Origin: Chlamydiota bacterium
Lineage (GTDB): Bacteria; Chlamydiota; Chlamydiia; Chlamydiales; RGXB01
Assembly (NCBI GenBank): GCA_947494155.1
Contig: CANLTW010000001.1
Location: 1-64,000 of the forward strand
DNA length: 64,000 nucleotides
Reading direction: 5' to 3'
Made by a program: the position numbers and the translations under genes. Below are positions 18,684 to 29,195 of this stretch, one piece after another (position 1 is the first letter of the stretch; each line of letters opens with the position of its first letter). Below the pieces are notes generated by a model. The model was not told the origin of the DNA, searched no databases, and saw nothing but the letters and a program-made list of their open reading frames with translations.

Positions 18684-19688
18684 TTAGGTACTTTTTATAA
18701 CAGTCTTTTTTAAATTAAGATTTACCAAACCCCAGTTCTCATCATTTATCGGTGCTGGGTTAGGACAACCTAGTGATGGGTGTTTCCCTTGACTTTGGCT
18801 TAAGAAGTGTGGATCACTAGAAGTATTAATTCCACCACCACCCCAACGTGAGTGATCAAAATGATAGACTGTGAAACCATCTAATCTTTTAATCTGGGAT
18901 TTTGGGTTTGTCCTAAAAAAAGCATCAATAAAAGGTTGTTCAAAATGATGAATCCCATAGGGAAACTCTGGAAACCCTTTTGCCTTCAAAACTTTTTCTC
19001 TTTTAAAAAGCATAAAATCTCCATATCCAGTTCGATGTCCACCTTGAATCCTTGCGCAATTTCCATCCAGTCTTTTTAAACAATTTTCCAATTCTTTACT
19101 ACTCGTTAAGTCTATCAAACATTGGTAATATGTAACATTATTTATATCTGTTCTTACAGGTTCTCCAATTATGATATCATCCATCTCAGTACAAACAATT
19201 TCCTCAATATGATCTAAGGTCTTTCTGCAATAAAAATTATCTGGATTGGTTTGAATAATGTACTTCCCCTTTGCATGTCTAAACCCTACATTCTTGGCTG
19301 CATACTCATGAAACGTGTACCTTGTATCACCTTGGTTATAGTAACTACAGAATTTGTCATGATTTTCTTTTGAAACCTCAATAACAACTATAGGATTTTT
19401 GTAATTCAATCTTTCGTTCCAAATTTTTATAATATCAGATAATTTTAACTGATTCTGAATAGGATTCCATTCAACCAAAATTATTTCCACAGGAATGGTC
19501 AATCTATCCACTGATCTCAAAAAATACTCTAATCTGTTTAGAAAATTTCCTCCATAATCATCGTTTCTACCTGAACAAATAATTGATAGTTTGTAAAAAT
19601 CTTTATCGCAGTTTTCCGTATAAGAATTAGCTCCAACCAAGCTACTTAAATTACCTAAAGCAATGCATATGTATAAAATAAAACGCAT
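18684..19688 (-). CDS. GT-A fold (GT2-like) glycosyltransferase with N-terminal signal/anchor
   Basis: LSIICSGRNDDYGG, EIILVEWNP, EYAAKNVGFRHAKGKYIIQTNPD, GDFML, YHFDH. Confidence 0.75.
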   Translation of the reverse strand: MRFILYICIALGNLSSLVGANSYTENCDKDFYKLSIICSGRNDDYGGNFLNRLEYFLRSVDRLTIPVEIILVEWNPIQNQLKLSDIIKIWNERLNYKNPIVVIEVSKENHDKFCSYYNQGDTRYTFHEYAAKNVGFRHAKGKYIIQTNPDNFYCRKTLDHIEEIVCTEMDDIIIGEPVRTDINNVTYYQCLIDLTSSKELENCLKRLDGNCARIQGGHRTGYGDFMLFKREKVLKAKGFPEFPYGIHHFEQPFIDAFFRTNPKSQIKRLDGFTVYHFDHSRWGGGGINTSSDPHFLSQSQGKHPSLGCPNPAPINDENWGLVNLNLKKTVIKST

Positions 19689-20297
19689 TTTTTACCCGTT
19701 TTTTTTTAAAGAATTTTCATAACATAAAATCGAAATACAACAAACTAAATATGTTGTTTTTCTACTTTTTGGGAATTCAAAATCGTCACAAAAATGAAAA
19801 TATCTATTTACTGGATCGACAAATAAAAGTTTTTTAGCACACTACATGAGAAAGGATAAAAATAAATGCATGAGTAACCGGAATACATTTTGTAAAATCT
19901 ATGATTTTCCCATACTTGCCAAAAAATAATGACTAAGATGTTAAACGAAATCACTTTTAAAAATCTTGTTAAACAGAAACAGTTTTTACTTTTAAAGATA
20001 ATATTTTTGAGAGACACAATCGCTTAACTTGCATTTTTAAACTGTATAGGCAAGCTTGCGTAGAGTTTTAATTTTTCTAGCCTAAGTTCAGATCTTCCTT
20101 ACTTTCAATTTGGGTCTGACTTAAATAAAAATCAATTTGGGTTTAGGGAAGGTTATTTAAAATTCTCTCTATGGTTATAAGGGTATAGAAGCTTTAAAAA
20201 TGCACGTCGCATCAAGCTATTATTGATATCGTAGTAATACAAAAAAATACAATCTGGCAGTTTTCTGAAAATATATCAACAGCAAAAAAAATTGACT

Positions 20298-20355
20298 GTG
20301 TGACCTCTAAATAAAAAAAGGCACACTTAGTTGATTAAGTGCGCCTCTAAAGATG

Positions 20356-20362
<7 letters not shown>
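20298..20362. repeat. 65-bp direct repeat, copy 2
   Basis: Identical to 18594-18658; its last 7 bp are the tRNA-Phe 3' end; contains the minus-strand terminator AGGCGCACTTA-ATCAAC-TAAGTGTGCCT-TTTTTT. Confidence 0.95.
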
Positions 20363-20428
<66 letters not shown>

Positions 20429-20522
20429 ATCCAAATGAATGATGTTCAATACAATAGCATCAAGCGGGAATTTACCGCAACAAGAAGTATCTAGGGCAAA
20501 TAGGGCTTAGACCTTGAGGAAA

Positions 20523-22376
20523 CTATTCCCCTTTTTTTATTGAGCCGCCGTTGAGATACATGACTAGATCCCGGGCAATCTCCTGAGCCTCATAAAGGGC
20601 CGGATCCGCCACATCTGCGCGAAGCCCTCTTGTTTCGCTCAAAGAGCGTAGCTGATCAATCCACACACGTGAAACAGAGCCACTGGCTTGCCTTTGGTAG
20701 AAAGAGAATATCTGCCCCAACTCATCTCTGCTCTGTAAAGAAAGTTGTTTAAAGTTTTGCCTAAGGGTATCGTAACCTAAAGGATACTTCAAGTATTGCT
20801 CCCCTATAGGGATCTGCGAAAGATCGGTTGGAACCAATATATCCGAGGCGACCCCTTTGAGCTGAACAGAGGCCCCCGATATTGTGTAGTATTTTGCGAT
20901 CGTGACAGCATAACAAAAGGGCTCGTCCGAAGTGATAGTTTGGTACTGCATCGATCCCTTCCCGTATGAATTAGTGTCACCAACAATAATCGCCACACCA
21001 TACTCTTTGAGGGTTTGTGCCACAATTTCTGAAGCGGACGCCGAAAGACGAGAAATCAGAATTATCAGTGGACCGTTATATAAAGGTTTTGTGATTTTCT
21101 CTTTGACGACACTAATCTGACCATTACCATACCTTGCCAAAACAATCGGCCCGCCTCCCGTAAATATAGAGCAAACTTTTGCCGCCTGAGTCAAAAATCC
21201 ACCCGTATTTCGTCTTAAGTCTAGTACAACAGCCTTCAGCTCCTCCTTACTTTGGATCGAAGCTATCGCCGACTCGAGTTGCTGAGCTGCAGAATTCCCC
21301 TGATCATTGTCAAAAAAACCGTCAAGGCGGATAGCGGCTATAGTACCCGTCCCAAAAGGGAAAAGGGTGGTGCGGGCCTGAGATTCGGGAGACAAAATCG
21401 GGGCGCGAGTTAAGCTCACCTCAAATATTTGCTCACCTCTTTGGATCTCGAGTCGCACTTTTGTAAAGTTGCGACCGCTAAGTAGCTCAATGGCCTCCCT
21501 GAAATAAAGATTTGTTATGTCTTGGCCGTCAATCTTGAGAATAATATCCTTGGCACGCACACCTGCATTGGCAGCCGGAGAGTTTTCCACAACACGCTGA
21601 ATAATCAGCCCATCCATAGAATCACGTAGAACTACCCCGATACCACTATAATCCTTAGAAAGGGCTTGCTTCATCTCCCGCTTCTCATCAGGGCTAAAAA
21701 ACCGGGTATGGGCATCCATCGATGCAGCTATCGCTTTAAGGACGTGAATGGAAAAATAGTGCTCCTCCATAGAGGGGCCACGCTGCATATACTCCAGCTC
21801 TTTTTCTCTTTGTTTTTTTTGAAAGTAGGTGTAAATTTTTTTCTTAACATTTTCATAGTCATACCTCCCGTTAAGGGTTTCCCGCGTCGCAAAAAGGGCC
21901 GCCTCTGCCTTAATCTTAGTCTTAAGTTGAGCGAAATTCGCCGGGTAGGGCTCAAACCCGTAAGCTGCGATTTTTTGCACCTCTTTAAACGGTTTCTCCA
22001 AAAGATCACGGATCATTTCGTTTTCAAAGGCAATCCTTCTCTCAATCGCCTGCTCGAAATATTTTTGTATCTCTATAAAGGCTTCAAAAGAACGGTTTGT
22101 AAAAGATTTTTTTGTAAAATCGATCCACTTCCCAGAGGGGCTTAACATAGGCTTGACTTCACTCCATAAGAAATAGGAGTGATCCACATCAAAACTCTCC
22201 ACAAAAAGATCTAAAGACCTTTTAGCCATTTCCGCATCAAAATCATTGCGATCATAATGATAGGAAAATAATTCCTTAACACCCTCAGGTATGTCGTTGA
22301 TAGTGAACAGCGATAAGAAAAAAATACTTTTTATGAAGACCATATTTTCCTGATACGCGTTAAAGCTTTTTTTCAC
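20523..22376 (-). CDS. tsp: Tail-specific (carboxy-terminal processing) protease, S41 family with PDZ domain
   Basis: [38 protein letters not shown]; adjacent to rpsL as in Chlamydia; start may be ATG 22343. Confidence 0.9.
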   Translation of the reverse strand: MKKSFNAYQENMVFIKSIFFLSLFTINDIPEGVKELFSYHYDRNDFDAEMAKRSLDLFVESFDVDHSYFLWSEVKPMLSPSGKWIDFTKKSFTNRSFEAFIEIQKYFEQAIERRIAFENEMIRDLLEKPFKEVQKIAAYGFEPYPANFAQLKTKIKAEAALFATRETLNGRYDYENVKKKIYTYFQKKQREKELEYMQRGPSMEEHYFSIHVLKAIAASMDAHTRFFSPDEKREMKQALSKDYSGIGVVLRDSMDGLIIQRVVENSPAANAGVRAKDIILKIDGQDITNLYFREAIELLSGRNFTKVRLEIQRGEQIFEVSLTRAPILSPESQARTTLFPFGTGTIAAIRLDGFFDNDQGNSAAQQLESAIASIQSKEELKAVVLDLRRNTGGFLTQAAKVCSIFTGGGPIVLARYGNGQISVVKEKITKPLYNGPLIILISRLSASASEIVAQTLKEYGVAIIVGDTNSYGKGSMQYQTITSDEPFCYAVTIAKYYTISGASVQLKGVASDILVPTDLSQIPIGEQYLKYPLGYDTLRQNFKQLSLQSRDELGQIFSFYQRQASGSVSRVWIDQLRSLSETRGLRADVADPALYEAQEIARDLVMYLNGGSIKKGE

Positions 22377-22452
22377 ACGAATTTTCTATTTGGCATTTAT
22401 TCATTTGGACGGTATAGTGTTCTCAATTCGACATAAAAGGAGTCTGGCAACT

Positions 22453-22824
22453 ATGCCAACTATCAACCAGTTGATTCGCAAGCCACGAGTGCCCAAAGAA
22501 AAACGATCTAAAAGTCCAGCCCTCGAAGCTTGTCCACAAAAGCGTGGAGTTTGCACAAAAGTCTATACACAGACGCCAAAAAAGCCAAACTCCGCTTTGA
22601 GAAAAGTCGCAAAAGTTCGACTTTCAACTAAAAAAGAGGTTATCTCTTACATCCCAGGTGAAGGCCACAACCTCCAAGAGCACAGTATCGTTCTCGTGCG
22701 CGGTGGTAGGGTTAAAGACCTTCCCGGTGTTCGCTACCACATCGTTCGCGGTAACTTGGACACTCAAGGGGTAAAAAACAGAAAGAAATCGCGATCTAAG
22801 TATGGATCGAAGAGCGGTAAATAG
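22453..22824 (+). CDS. rpsL: 30S ribosomal protein S12
   Basis: MPTINQL...[10 protein letters not shown]; promoter TTGGCA-17-TATAGT at 22390-22418. Confidence 0.99.
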   Translation: MPTINQLIRKPRVPKEKRSKSPALEACPQKRGVCTKVYTQTPKKPNSALRKVAKVRLSTKKEVISYIPGEGHNLQEHSIVLVRGGRVKDLPGVRYHIVRGNLDTQGVKNRKKSRSKYGSKSGK

Positions 22825-22845
22825 TCAGGATCACTAGAGGAATTC

Positions 22846-23319
22846 ATGTCAAGAAGACACCAAGCTGCAAAGCGTGAGATCAAAGCTGACGAAAAATATG
22901 GATCAGAAGTTATTGCTAAGCTCATCAATCTTGTCATGGAGCGTGGCAAAAAAACTGTTGCAAAAACCATAGTTTACGATGCATTGGAACTCTTTGCGAA
23001 CAAAATCGGAAGCGCCGACACTAAAGAGAGCTTCGATAAAGCTATTGAAAATACATCCCCACTTCTCGAGGTTAAATCTCGACGTGTAGGCGGTGCCAAC
23101 TATCAAGTGCCTATCGAGACTACACCAGCTCGTCGCTTATCCCTTGCACTTCGCTGGATTATAACCCATTCCAGAAAGAAGTCTGGTCAACCCATGCACA
23201 TTAAACTTGCAAACGAGTTGACTGACTGCCATAACCACACCGGTGCAAGCGTTAAGAAAAAAGAAGATACCCACAGAATGGCCGAAGCGAACAAAGCTTT
23301 TGCCCACTTCCGTTGGTAA
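22846..23319 (+). CDS. rpsG: 30S ribosomal protein S7
   Basis: SRRVGGANYQVP, HRMAEANKAFAHFRW. Confidence 0.99.
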   Translation: MSRRHQAAKREIKADEKYGSEVIAKLINLVMERGKKTVAKTIVYDALELFANKIGSADTKESFDKAIENTSPLLEVKSRRVGGANYQVPIETTPARRLSLALRWIITHSRKKSGQPMHIKLANELTDCHNHTGASVKKKEDTHRMAEANKAFAHFRW

Positions 23320-23391
23320 GCCAGATAAAACACCCACTACTTCCCTAGTGGGTTCTTCATTTTAGCAAAAGATTTAAGGATTAAATACAGC

Positions 23392-25482
23392 ATGTCGCAA
23401 GCGGCAAAACAAGACCTAGCTAAGCTCAGAAATATCGGGATCATGGCTCACATCGATGCCGGTAAAACCACCTGTACTGAACGTATTCTCTTCTATTGCG
23501 GTATGGTTCACAAGATCGGTGAGGTTCATGAAGGAGCTGCAACAACCGATTGGATGGAGCAAGAAAGAGAGCGTGGTATCACGATCACTTCTGCTGCAGT
23601 TACCGTATTCTGGAAAGGACACAAAATCAACATTATCGATACCCCCGGCCACGTAGACTTTACAGTGGAAGTGGAGCGCTCATTGCGCGTTCTTGATGGT
23701 GCTGTTGCTGTATTCAGTGCCGTTGACGGTGTTGAACCACAATCAGAAACTGTTTGGAACCAAGCTGACCGTTATGGAGTACCCCGTATCGCTTTCGTAA
23801 ATAAAATGGACCGAGTCGGTTCAGACTATTTCGGTGCGATCCAGTCGATGCGCGACAAGTTGGGTGCCAACGCTTTTGCTGCTCAGCTTCCTATTGGGGC
23901 CGAAGGTGATTTCAAAGGGATGTGTGATCTTATCAGCATGAAAGGGTACGTCTTCAACGACGAAACCATGGGTGCTGACTACGACACCATCGAAATTCCT
24001 AGCGAGCTCTTAAGCGAAGCGAAAAAATTGAGAAAAGAGCTTCTCGAGGAACTTGCCACTATCGATGAAGAAGACGAAGACTTCATGATGAAGGTCGTCG
24101 AAGATCCGGACAGCGTTCCTGAAGAAGATATCCATGCTAAGTTACGCATGGCAGTCGTAAAAAACAAACTTAATCCGGTTTTCTGTGGTACTGCCTTCAA
24201 AAACAAAGGTGTACAACAGCTTCTTGATGCCGTTACACGTTACATGCCCTCTCCGCTAGACCGCGGAAACATGAAGGCCTACAACGTCAAAAACGATGAG
24301 CCTATGACTGTTGTTCCTGATGACAGTCAAAAATTTACTGGTCTTGCTTTCAAAGTGATGACCGATCCCTTCGTTGGCCGTTTGACCTTCGTGCGCATCT
24401 ATTCAGGTGTGCTCAAGAAAGGGATGACCCTTGCGAACACAACAAAAGGGAAAAAAGAGCGTATCTCCCGTATCGTTCGTATGCATGCGAACCAGCGCGA
24501 GGACATCGAAGAGGCAGGAACCGGAGACATCGTTGGTGTTATCGGACTGAAAAACTCCTCTACAGGTGATACACTTACTGAAGAAGATTATCCAATCATC
24601 CTCGAGAAAATGGAGTTCCCAGAACCCGTTATCTCCATGGCTATTGAGCCAAAATCTAAAGGTGATCGCGAAAAGCTTGCGGTTGCATTGAGCTCATTGT
24701 CCGAAGAGGACCCCACTTTCCGCGTTTTCACCAACGAGGAGACTGGACAAACAATTATTGCAGGTATGGGTGAGCTCCACTTGGAGATCATTACAGACCG
24801 TATGTTCCGTGAATTTAAGGTCGAAGCCAACGTAGGTAAACCACAGGTTGCTTATCGTGAAGCTGTCCGTAAAGCTGGAAAAATGGAGACAAAATACGTT
24901 AAGCAGTCCGGTGGACGCGGTCAATATGGCCATGTTGTCATCGAGATGGAGCCCAACGAGCGCGGCAAAGGAAACGAAGTCGTTAGCAAGATTGTGGGTG
25001 GTGTCATTCCACGTGAATACATCCCGGCAGTTATCAAAGGGATCGAGGACGGACTTAACACAGGTGTTCTTGCGGGCTATCCTCTTGTCGACACCAAAGT
25101 GGCTATCGTTTTTGGATCTTACCATGACGTCGATTCTAGCGAGATGGCTTTCCGTATCGCAGGATCTATGTGTGCCAAAGACTGTGCCAGAGTTTGTGAT
25201 CCTATTATCCTTGAACCTATCATGAAAGTTGCGGTTTCGACACCTGAAGATTACGTCGGTGATGTAATCGGAGACCTCAACCGTCGTCGTGGACAGGTTT
25301 TAGGACAAGAACATACTAAATCAGGACTTCGTGTAGAAGCTCATGTGCCCCTTTCCGAGATGTTCGGATACTCCACCGCCCTCCGTTCGGCCACTTCTGG
25401 TCGTGCGAGCTACGTGATGGAGCCATCGCACTATGACGAACTTCCACAGAAGTTTAAAGAAGAACTTATTAAAAAGAGCTAA
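23392..25482 (+). CDS. fusA: Elongation factor G
   Basis: [22 protein letters not shown], full five-domain length. Confidence 0.99.
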   Translation: MSQAAKQDLAKLRNIGIMAHIDAGKTTCTERILFYCGMVHKIGEVHEGAATTDWMEQERERGITITSAAVTVFWKGHKINIIDTPGHVDFTVEVERSLRVLDGAVAVFSAVDGVEPQSETVWNQADRYGVPRIAFVNKMDRVGSDYFGAIQSMRDKLGANAFAAQLPIGAEGDFKGMCDLISMKGYVFNDETMGADYDTIEIPSELLSEAKKLRKELLEELATIDEEDEDFMMKVVEDPDSVPEEDIHAKLRMAVVKNKLNPVFCGTAFKNKGVQQLLDAVTRYMPSPLDRGNMKAYNVKNDEPMTVVPDDSQKFTGLAFKVMTDPFVGRLTFVRIYSGVLKKGMTLANTTKGKKERISRIVRMHANQREDIEEAGTGDIVGVIGLKNSSTGDTLTEEDYPIILEKMEFPEPVISMAIEPKSKGDREKLAVALSSLSEEDPTFRVFTNEETGQTIIAGMGELHLEIITDRMFREFKVEANVGKPQVAYREAVRKAGKMETKYVKQSGGRGQYGHVVIEMEPNERGKGNEVVSKIVGGVIPREYIPAVIKGIEDGLNTGVLAGYPLVDTKVAIVFGSYHDVDSSEMAFRIAGSMCAKDCARVCDPIILEPIMKVAVSTPEDYVGDVIGDLNRRRGQVLGQEHTKSGLRVEAHVPLSEMFGYSTALRSATSGRASYVMEPSHYDELPQKFKEELIKKS

Positions 25483-25490
25483 GAGTTGCC

Positions 25491-25817
25491 ATGTCTTCAA
25501 CATCAACAAAATCATCTAAGAAGCTCCGCATCCGACTCAAAGCCTATGACTCTAGAGTGATCGATAGAACTGCTAAAGAGATTGTAGAAGCTGCAAAGTC
25601 TACAGGAGCTGTCGTAGCGGGACCATTCCCACTACCCACGAGAATCGAGCGTTTCACAGTGTTGCGCTCCCCACACGTTGACCGTAAATCACGTGACCAA
25701 TACGAGTCCAGAACACATTCCAGACTCATTGACATTATCGTTGCTCCACAAACAGCCGATAGACTCAAAAAATTGGTGATCGCATCCGGTGTAGAAATTT
25801 CAACAGTAACTGTTTAA
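25491..25817 (+). CDS. rpsJ: 30S ribosomal protein S10
   Basis: [29 protein letters not shown]. Confidence 0.97.
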   Translation: MSSTSTKSSKKLRIRLKAYDSRVIDRTAKEIVEAAKSTGAVVAGPFPLPTRIERFTVLRSPHVDRKSRDQYESRTHSRLIDIIVAPQTADRLKKLVIASGVEISTVTV

Positions 25818-25841
25818 ATTTTCTTGATCTCTAAGGATTTT

Positions 25842-25873
25842 AACCTTCACTCACTGGGTGAAGGTTTTTTTTT
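25842..25873 (+). terminator. Rho-independent terminator after rpsJ
   Basis: AACCTTCAC-TCACTGG-GTGAAGGTT followed by a T-run. Confidence 0.8.
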
Positions 25874-25911
25874 GCTTAAAAAAAACCCCCTTTTTTTGAG
25901 GGGGCTTATGT

Positions 25912-26259
25912 TTAAAAGTCGAGAATCGGGTCGGCGTTGTAGGGCTCTGACCAGGGGGGAGGAGTTTGAACCTTCTGCCCTTTTTTCTTTACAACCCCCT
26001 CTTTTATGAAGAAGTAGTAGTAATTCTGCTCGATGATTGCATTCCCTACGTAGACTCGCTCCACGTACTCATACACCTCATAACCCTGCTCATCGTGGTA
26101 TTTGTAAAGCGGTTTGCCATATTTTTTTTCTAATTGGGATTTTGGGGTTTGGAGTTGAACGCTGTAAAAATTTTCCCGTGTCATATCTTGCGGCCCGTTA
26201 CATCCAGTACAGACTAAAAAAGCCATAGATACCGCAAAAATTTTCCATTTTGTGTTCAT
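25912..26259 (-). CDS. Putative outer-membrane lipoprotein (SmpA/BamE-like)
   Basis: Signal peptide ending CTGC; 'SQLEKKYGKP' pattern; start ATG 26259 overlaps the upstream stop. Confidence 0.6.
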   Translation of the reverse strand: MNTKWKIFAVSMAFLVCTGCNGPQDMTRENFYSVQLQTPKSQLEKKYGKPLYKYHDEQGYEVYEYVERVYVGNAIIEQNYYYFFIKEGVVKKKGQKVQTPPPWSEPYNADPILDF

Positions 26260-26720
26260 TTTCCTTGAATACCCGCTTTTGTGTGCTTCCAAAGTTTACC
26301 TCGCATCACCGTTCTAAGATCGTCGCTCGTGCTGTATTCTGCTTCCATGATGTAATGCCCATCTCCTTGATGTTGATAATATTCATAACCATCAAATCCG
26401 ATGAGATTTTCCTTAAATTCCCAACCTATCCAATCCGATTTTATCTGGCCGGGACCCATCACTTGGCCGATGTTATCACTTTCCAAGATAATGCTAAACC
26501 GATGTTTTTCAAAATCTTTAAAAGTGAAGTTATTTGTCATCACTTCGCTATGCCCTTTTATCTGAATCTGCTGGATTAATTCCAGATAAGGGTCCTCAGG
26601 TTTGAAAGAGGGGACCATCCATTTCACAATAAAAGGGATTTTTTCCGCCACATTTGTCAATTCCATCATCCCTTCTCCAATCCAAAATCCGGGGGTAAAA
26701 ATAAATAGATCGTTCATCAA
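26256..26720 (-). CDS. Hypothetical protein (predicted beta-rich)
   Basis: 154-aa ORF translationally coupled to rodA. Confidence 0.7.
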   Translation of the reverse strand: MMNDLFIFTPGFWIGEGMMELTNVAEKIPFIVKWMVPSFKPEDPYLELIQQIQIKGHSEVMTNNFTFKDFEKHRFSIILESDNIGQVMGPGQIKSDWIGWEFKENLIGFDGYEYYQHQGDGHYIMEAEYSTSDDLRTVMRGKLWKHTKAGIQGK

Positions 26721-27844
26721 AACCTAAACCTTCTTACTGTTATACTTTGTAAAAGCCCAAGACACATCATCGTTGCCACAACAGACGATCCACCATAGGT
26801 CATCAAAATCAACGGAACGCCTGTTATGGGTAAACTTCCTGCCATCATCGAAATGTTCACAATTACATGTACCGCTATGTATGTTGCTGTACAGGCCGCG
26901 TAAAGTTTTCCAAATCGATCTTGTGCCTCTTCGGCTATTTTTAAACTCAAATAAATCAAACTGAAAAAGAGTGCAAATAAAAAGCCAGCCCCAATCAACC
27001 CGAACTCCTCTGTGAATGCTGGGAAGATCGAGTCTGTGTGTGCAAAAGGGAGCCACTCTTGACCTGTAAACTGGCTTTTTCCGAAACCACTCCCCCCAAC
27101 ACCTCCCAAAGCGATTGCTGTTTGTCCCGCTTTTTGGTGGTAGGTCTGAGGATTAAGCCTTTCTATTTGATATTCCTTTAAAACGTGAGATAGTGGACCT
27201 TTGACTTTCTCAAAGGGGATATACCCTGTAAAAATCGATACCACAAAGACTACGGACACCACTCCCCCAATAGTCATCCAACGGATAATCCCTTTATGCC
27301 CTTGAGCAAAAAGAAAAGCGGTATAGCAAAGAGGAAGTAGAATCAATGCAGTACCCAGATCTGGCTGTTTTAAGACAAAAACGAATGGGACAAAGACAAT
27401 TCCAAGCGCTTTTAATCCTACAGAAAGCTTTTTGCTAGTGTGGTACTTATCTTCGAAATACCATGCAAGCATGATCATCAAAACTACTTTGGCAAATTCA
27501 CTAGGTTGAAGCGCAAATGGGAGAAAAGGGAAGCGAAACCACCTATGGACATTTTGGATTGGATTGGTAAAAAAAAGGCCTAAAAGGAGGATCAGGATAA
27601 CAGTATAATAAATGGGGGCCGACTTTTTGATATTTCTGTAGTCACACCAGGCCAAGAAAAAGTAAGCAGCCCAGCCAACCGCATAACTTCTTAGTTGGGC
27701 AATCACTGCAGAGGAGAAAAATCCTGGGGAATTTTCCTGCTGAATAGTGCTGGAGCTGATTACAGTAAGGCTCAAACACATCAAAATGAAAATGACCATG
27801 ATCATCTTGAAGTCGAGCTGTTTGATAAACTTGACAAATCGCAC
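26717..27844 (-). CDS. rodA: SEDS peptidoglycan glycosyltransferase RodA
   Basis: RWF, QPSEFAK, QPDLGTA, AHTDSIF, PITGVPLILMTYGGSS. Confidence 0.93.
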   Translation of the reverse strand: MRFVKFIKQLDFKMIMVIFILMCLSLTVISSSTIQQENSPGFFSSAVIAQLRSYAVGWAAYFFLAWCDYRNIKKSAPIYYTVILILLLGLFFTNPIQNVHRWFRFPFLPFALQPSEFAKVVLMIMLAWYFEDKYHTSKKLSVGLKALGIVFVPFVFVLKQPDLGTALILLPLCYTAFLFAQGHKGIIRWMTIGGVVSVVFVVSIFTGYIPFEKVKGPLSHVLKEYQIERLNPQTYHQKAGQTAIALGGVGGSGFGKSQFTGQEWLPFAHTDSIFPAFTEEFGLIGAGFLFALFFSLIYLSLKIAEEAQDRFGKLYAACTATYIAVHVIVNISMMAGSLPITGVPLILMTYGGSSVVATMMCLGLLQSITVRRFRF

Positions 27845-27882
27845 TTGAGAAGTTCCCTTTAGATTGCGTACTATATTCCCTT

Positions 27883-28428
27883 ATGACATTAAATCGTAAA
27901 CTCCTTTTTTTCGAAACCATCGACTCCACGCATGAGTACGCAAAACTTCACGCCAACCTGTTTGATCCAGCTTCGCTCACCTGCCTCCGTGCTTACAGTC
28001 AGACAAAAGGAAGAGGCCAAAACGATCGCAAATGGATAAGCCTTGAAGGGAATCTCTTCGTCACCTACGTCGTGAAAATTCCGCCCCGTGTTTACCCCGA
28101 AGCGGCAAATTTTCTTGCCCTTTGTCTCTATCTGACGATCCACCACGAGGGGAAAAAAGTTCTTTTTAAAGAGCCCAATGACCTCTATTTTGAAGGGAAA
28201 AAATGTGCCGGTTTTCTTTGTCACCAAATAGGAGACCGACTCATTTTAAGCTATGGTTTAAATACCCAAAGCGCACCAGAAGAATTTAGTGCACTTAGGG
28301 TAGATACCGAAAAGTTTTTTAGACAGCTTGATACCCTGATTTTTGAGCAGATCCCCACGTTTCTAAACCAGGGCTTCTCCCCATTTGCAAACGAGTGGAA
28401 CAAAGTGGAACGTTTTTTTAAAAACTAG
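27883..28428 (+). CDS. birA: Biotin-protein ligase (catalytic domain only)
   Basis: IDSTH, QTKGRGQNDRKW, KEPNDL, KCAGFL. Confidence 0.88.
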   Translation: MTLNRKLLFFETIDSTHEYAKLHANLFDPASLTCLRAYSQTKGRGQNDRKWISLEGNLFVTYVVKIPPRVYPEAANFLALCLYLTIHHEGKKVLFKEPNDLYFEGKKCAGFLCHQIGDRLILSYGLNTQSAPEEFSALRVDTEKFFRQLDTLIFEQIPTFLNQGFSPFANEWNKVERFFKN

Positions 28429-28432
28429 GTCT

Positions 28433-29194
28433 TTAGTGGCCTAGATGGAGATTTTCTAAATCGGGTACTACCGTTAGTTTGGGATGGATTCTTTGGTTTA
28501 AAACATTTTGTATCCCTTGCAATGTCCCTCCGATTGAGGAGAAACAAGAGGTGCAGTTTCCTGAGTAGGCTATTTTCACTTGAGTCTGATTTTCAATTCC
28601 CAAAATCTGTACGCCGCCCTCATCTATGGCTAAAAAGGGGCGAATATGCTCTTCGAACACATTTTCCAAAATCTCCATTCTTTTTGGATCCGAAAGCTCA
28701 TCCCAATCCTGAGCCAAAGTTTCGCATCTATCCCCCTTCATCCCATCCAACGGGGTGGTGTACTCCTGTATATCGATTTCTGGAGCCTGTGAAAGGGCCT
28801 CCAAAAAGCCCTCTATTACAAATAGTAGGTAAGGGATCTGCTTCTCATCCAGAGCTGGTTTGGATTCCTCCTGTCGCAAAAATCGGTCTAGAATCTCAGG
28901 GGTTATTTTTTTTGCCTGCTTAATATTTTTTCGGACTATAAAACGGCTCAAAGACTCCAGACTAACCAGTAATATCGTGGGGCCAAAAAAAAGATACTTC
29001 ACATCTGCTATCACACCATCTGCGGTATCCACCACGATTTGGATGTGAAACCAGTTCCCCTCCTCTTTTGCTCCCGCCTCTGCCTTAAGGCAAATCATCC
29101 CGTCAGGTTGTTGTCCGAAAGTACCGACTGATAGGGGCCTTTTAAGAAAGTCTTGCATTTTTTTTGTGTAACGATTCCAGGAAAAAATTTCCAT
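28433..29194 (-). CDS. NifU-related Fe-S cluster scaffold/carrier
   Basis: C-terminal NifU domain (IRPFLAIDEGG, YSGNCTSC); IscU-like N-terminal region. Confidence 0.85.
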   Translation of the reverse strand: MEIFSWNRYTKKMQDFLKRPLSVGTFGQQPDGMICLKAEAGAKEEGNWFHIQIVVDTADGVIADVKYLFFGPTILLVSLESLSRFIVRKNIKQAKKITPEILDRFLRQEESKPALDEKQIPYLLFVIEGFLEALSQAPEIDIQEYTTPLDGMKGDRCETLAQDWDELSDPKRMEILENVFEEHIRPFLAIDEGGVQILGIENQTQVKIAYSGNCTSCFSSIGGTLQGIQNVLNQRIHPKLTVVPDLENLHLGH

Positions 29195-29195
29195 T

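Noticed and set aside
19808..20017. 69-aa ORF inside the islet
   Set aside because: AT-rich, GTG start, no motifs or clear RBS; likely spurious.
20080..20150. Bulged inverted repeat (TAAGTTCAGATC...GGTCTGACTTA) and an 11-bp direct repeat, considered as an integron attC
   Set aside because: The RYYYAAC/GTTRRRY boxes do not match, there is one instance only, and no integron integrase is present.
23416..25515. Antisense and alternate-frame ORFs within fusA (and similar ones in other genes)
   Set aside because: Shadow ORFs of codon-biased genes, with no motifs or RBS.
22453..25817. str operon lacking tuf, with rpsJ detached from the S10 operon
   Set aside because: This is the normal chlamydial arrangement.
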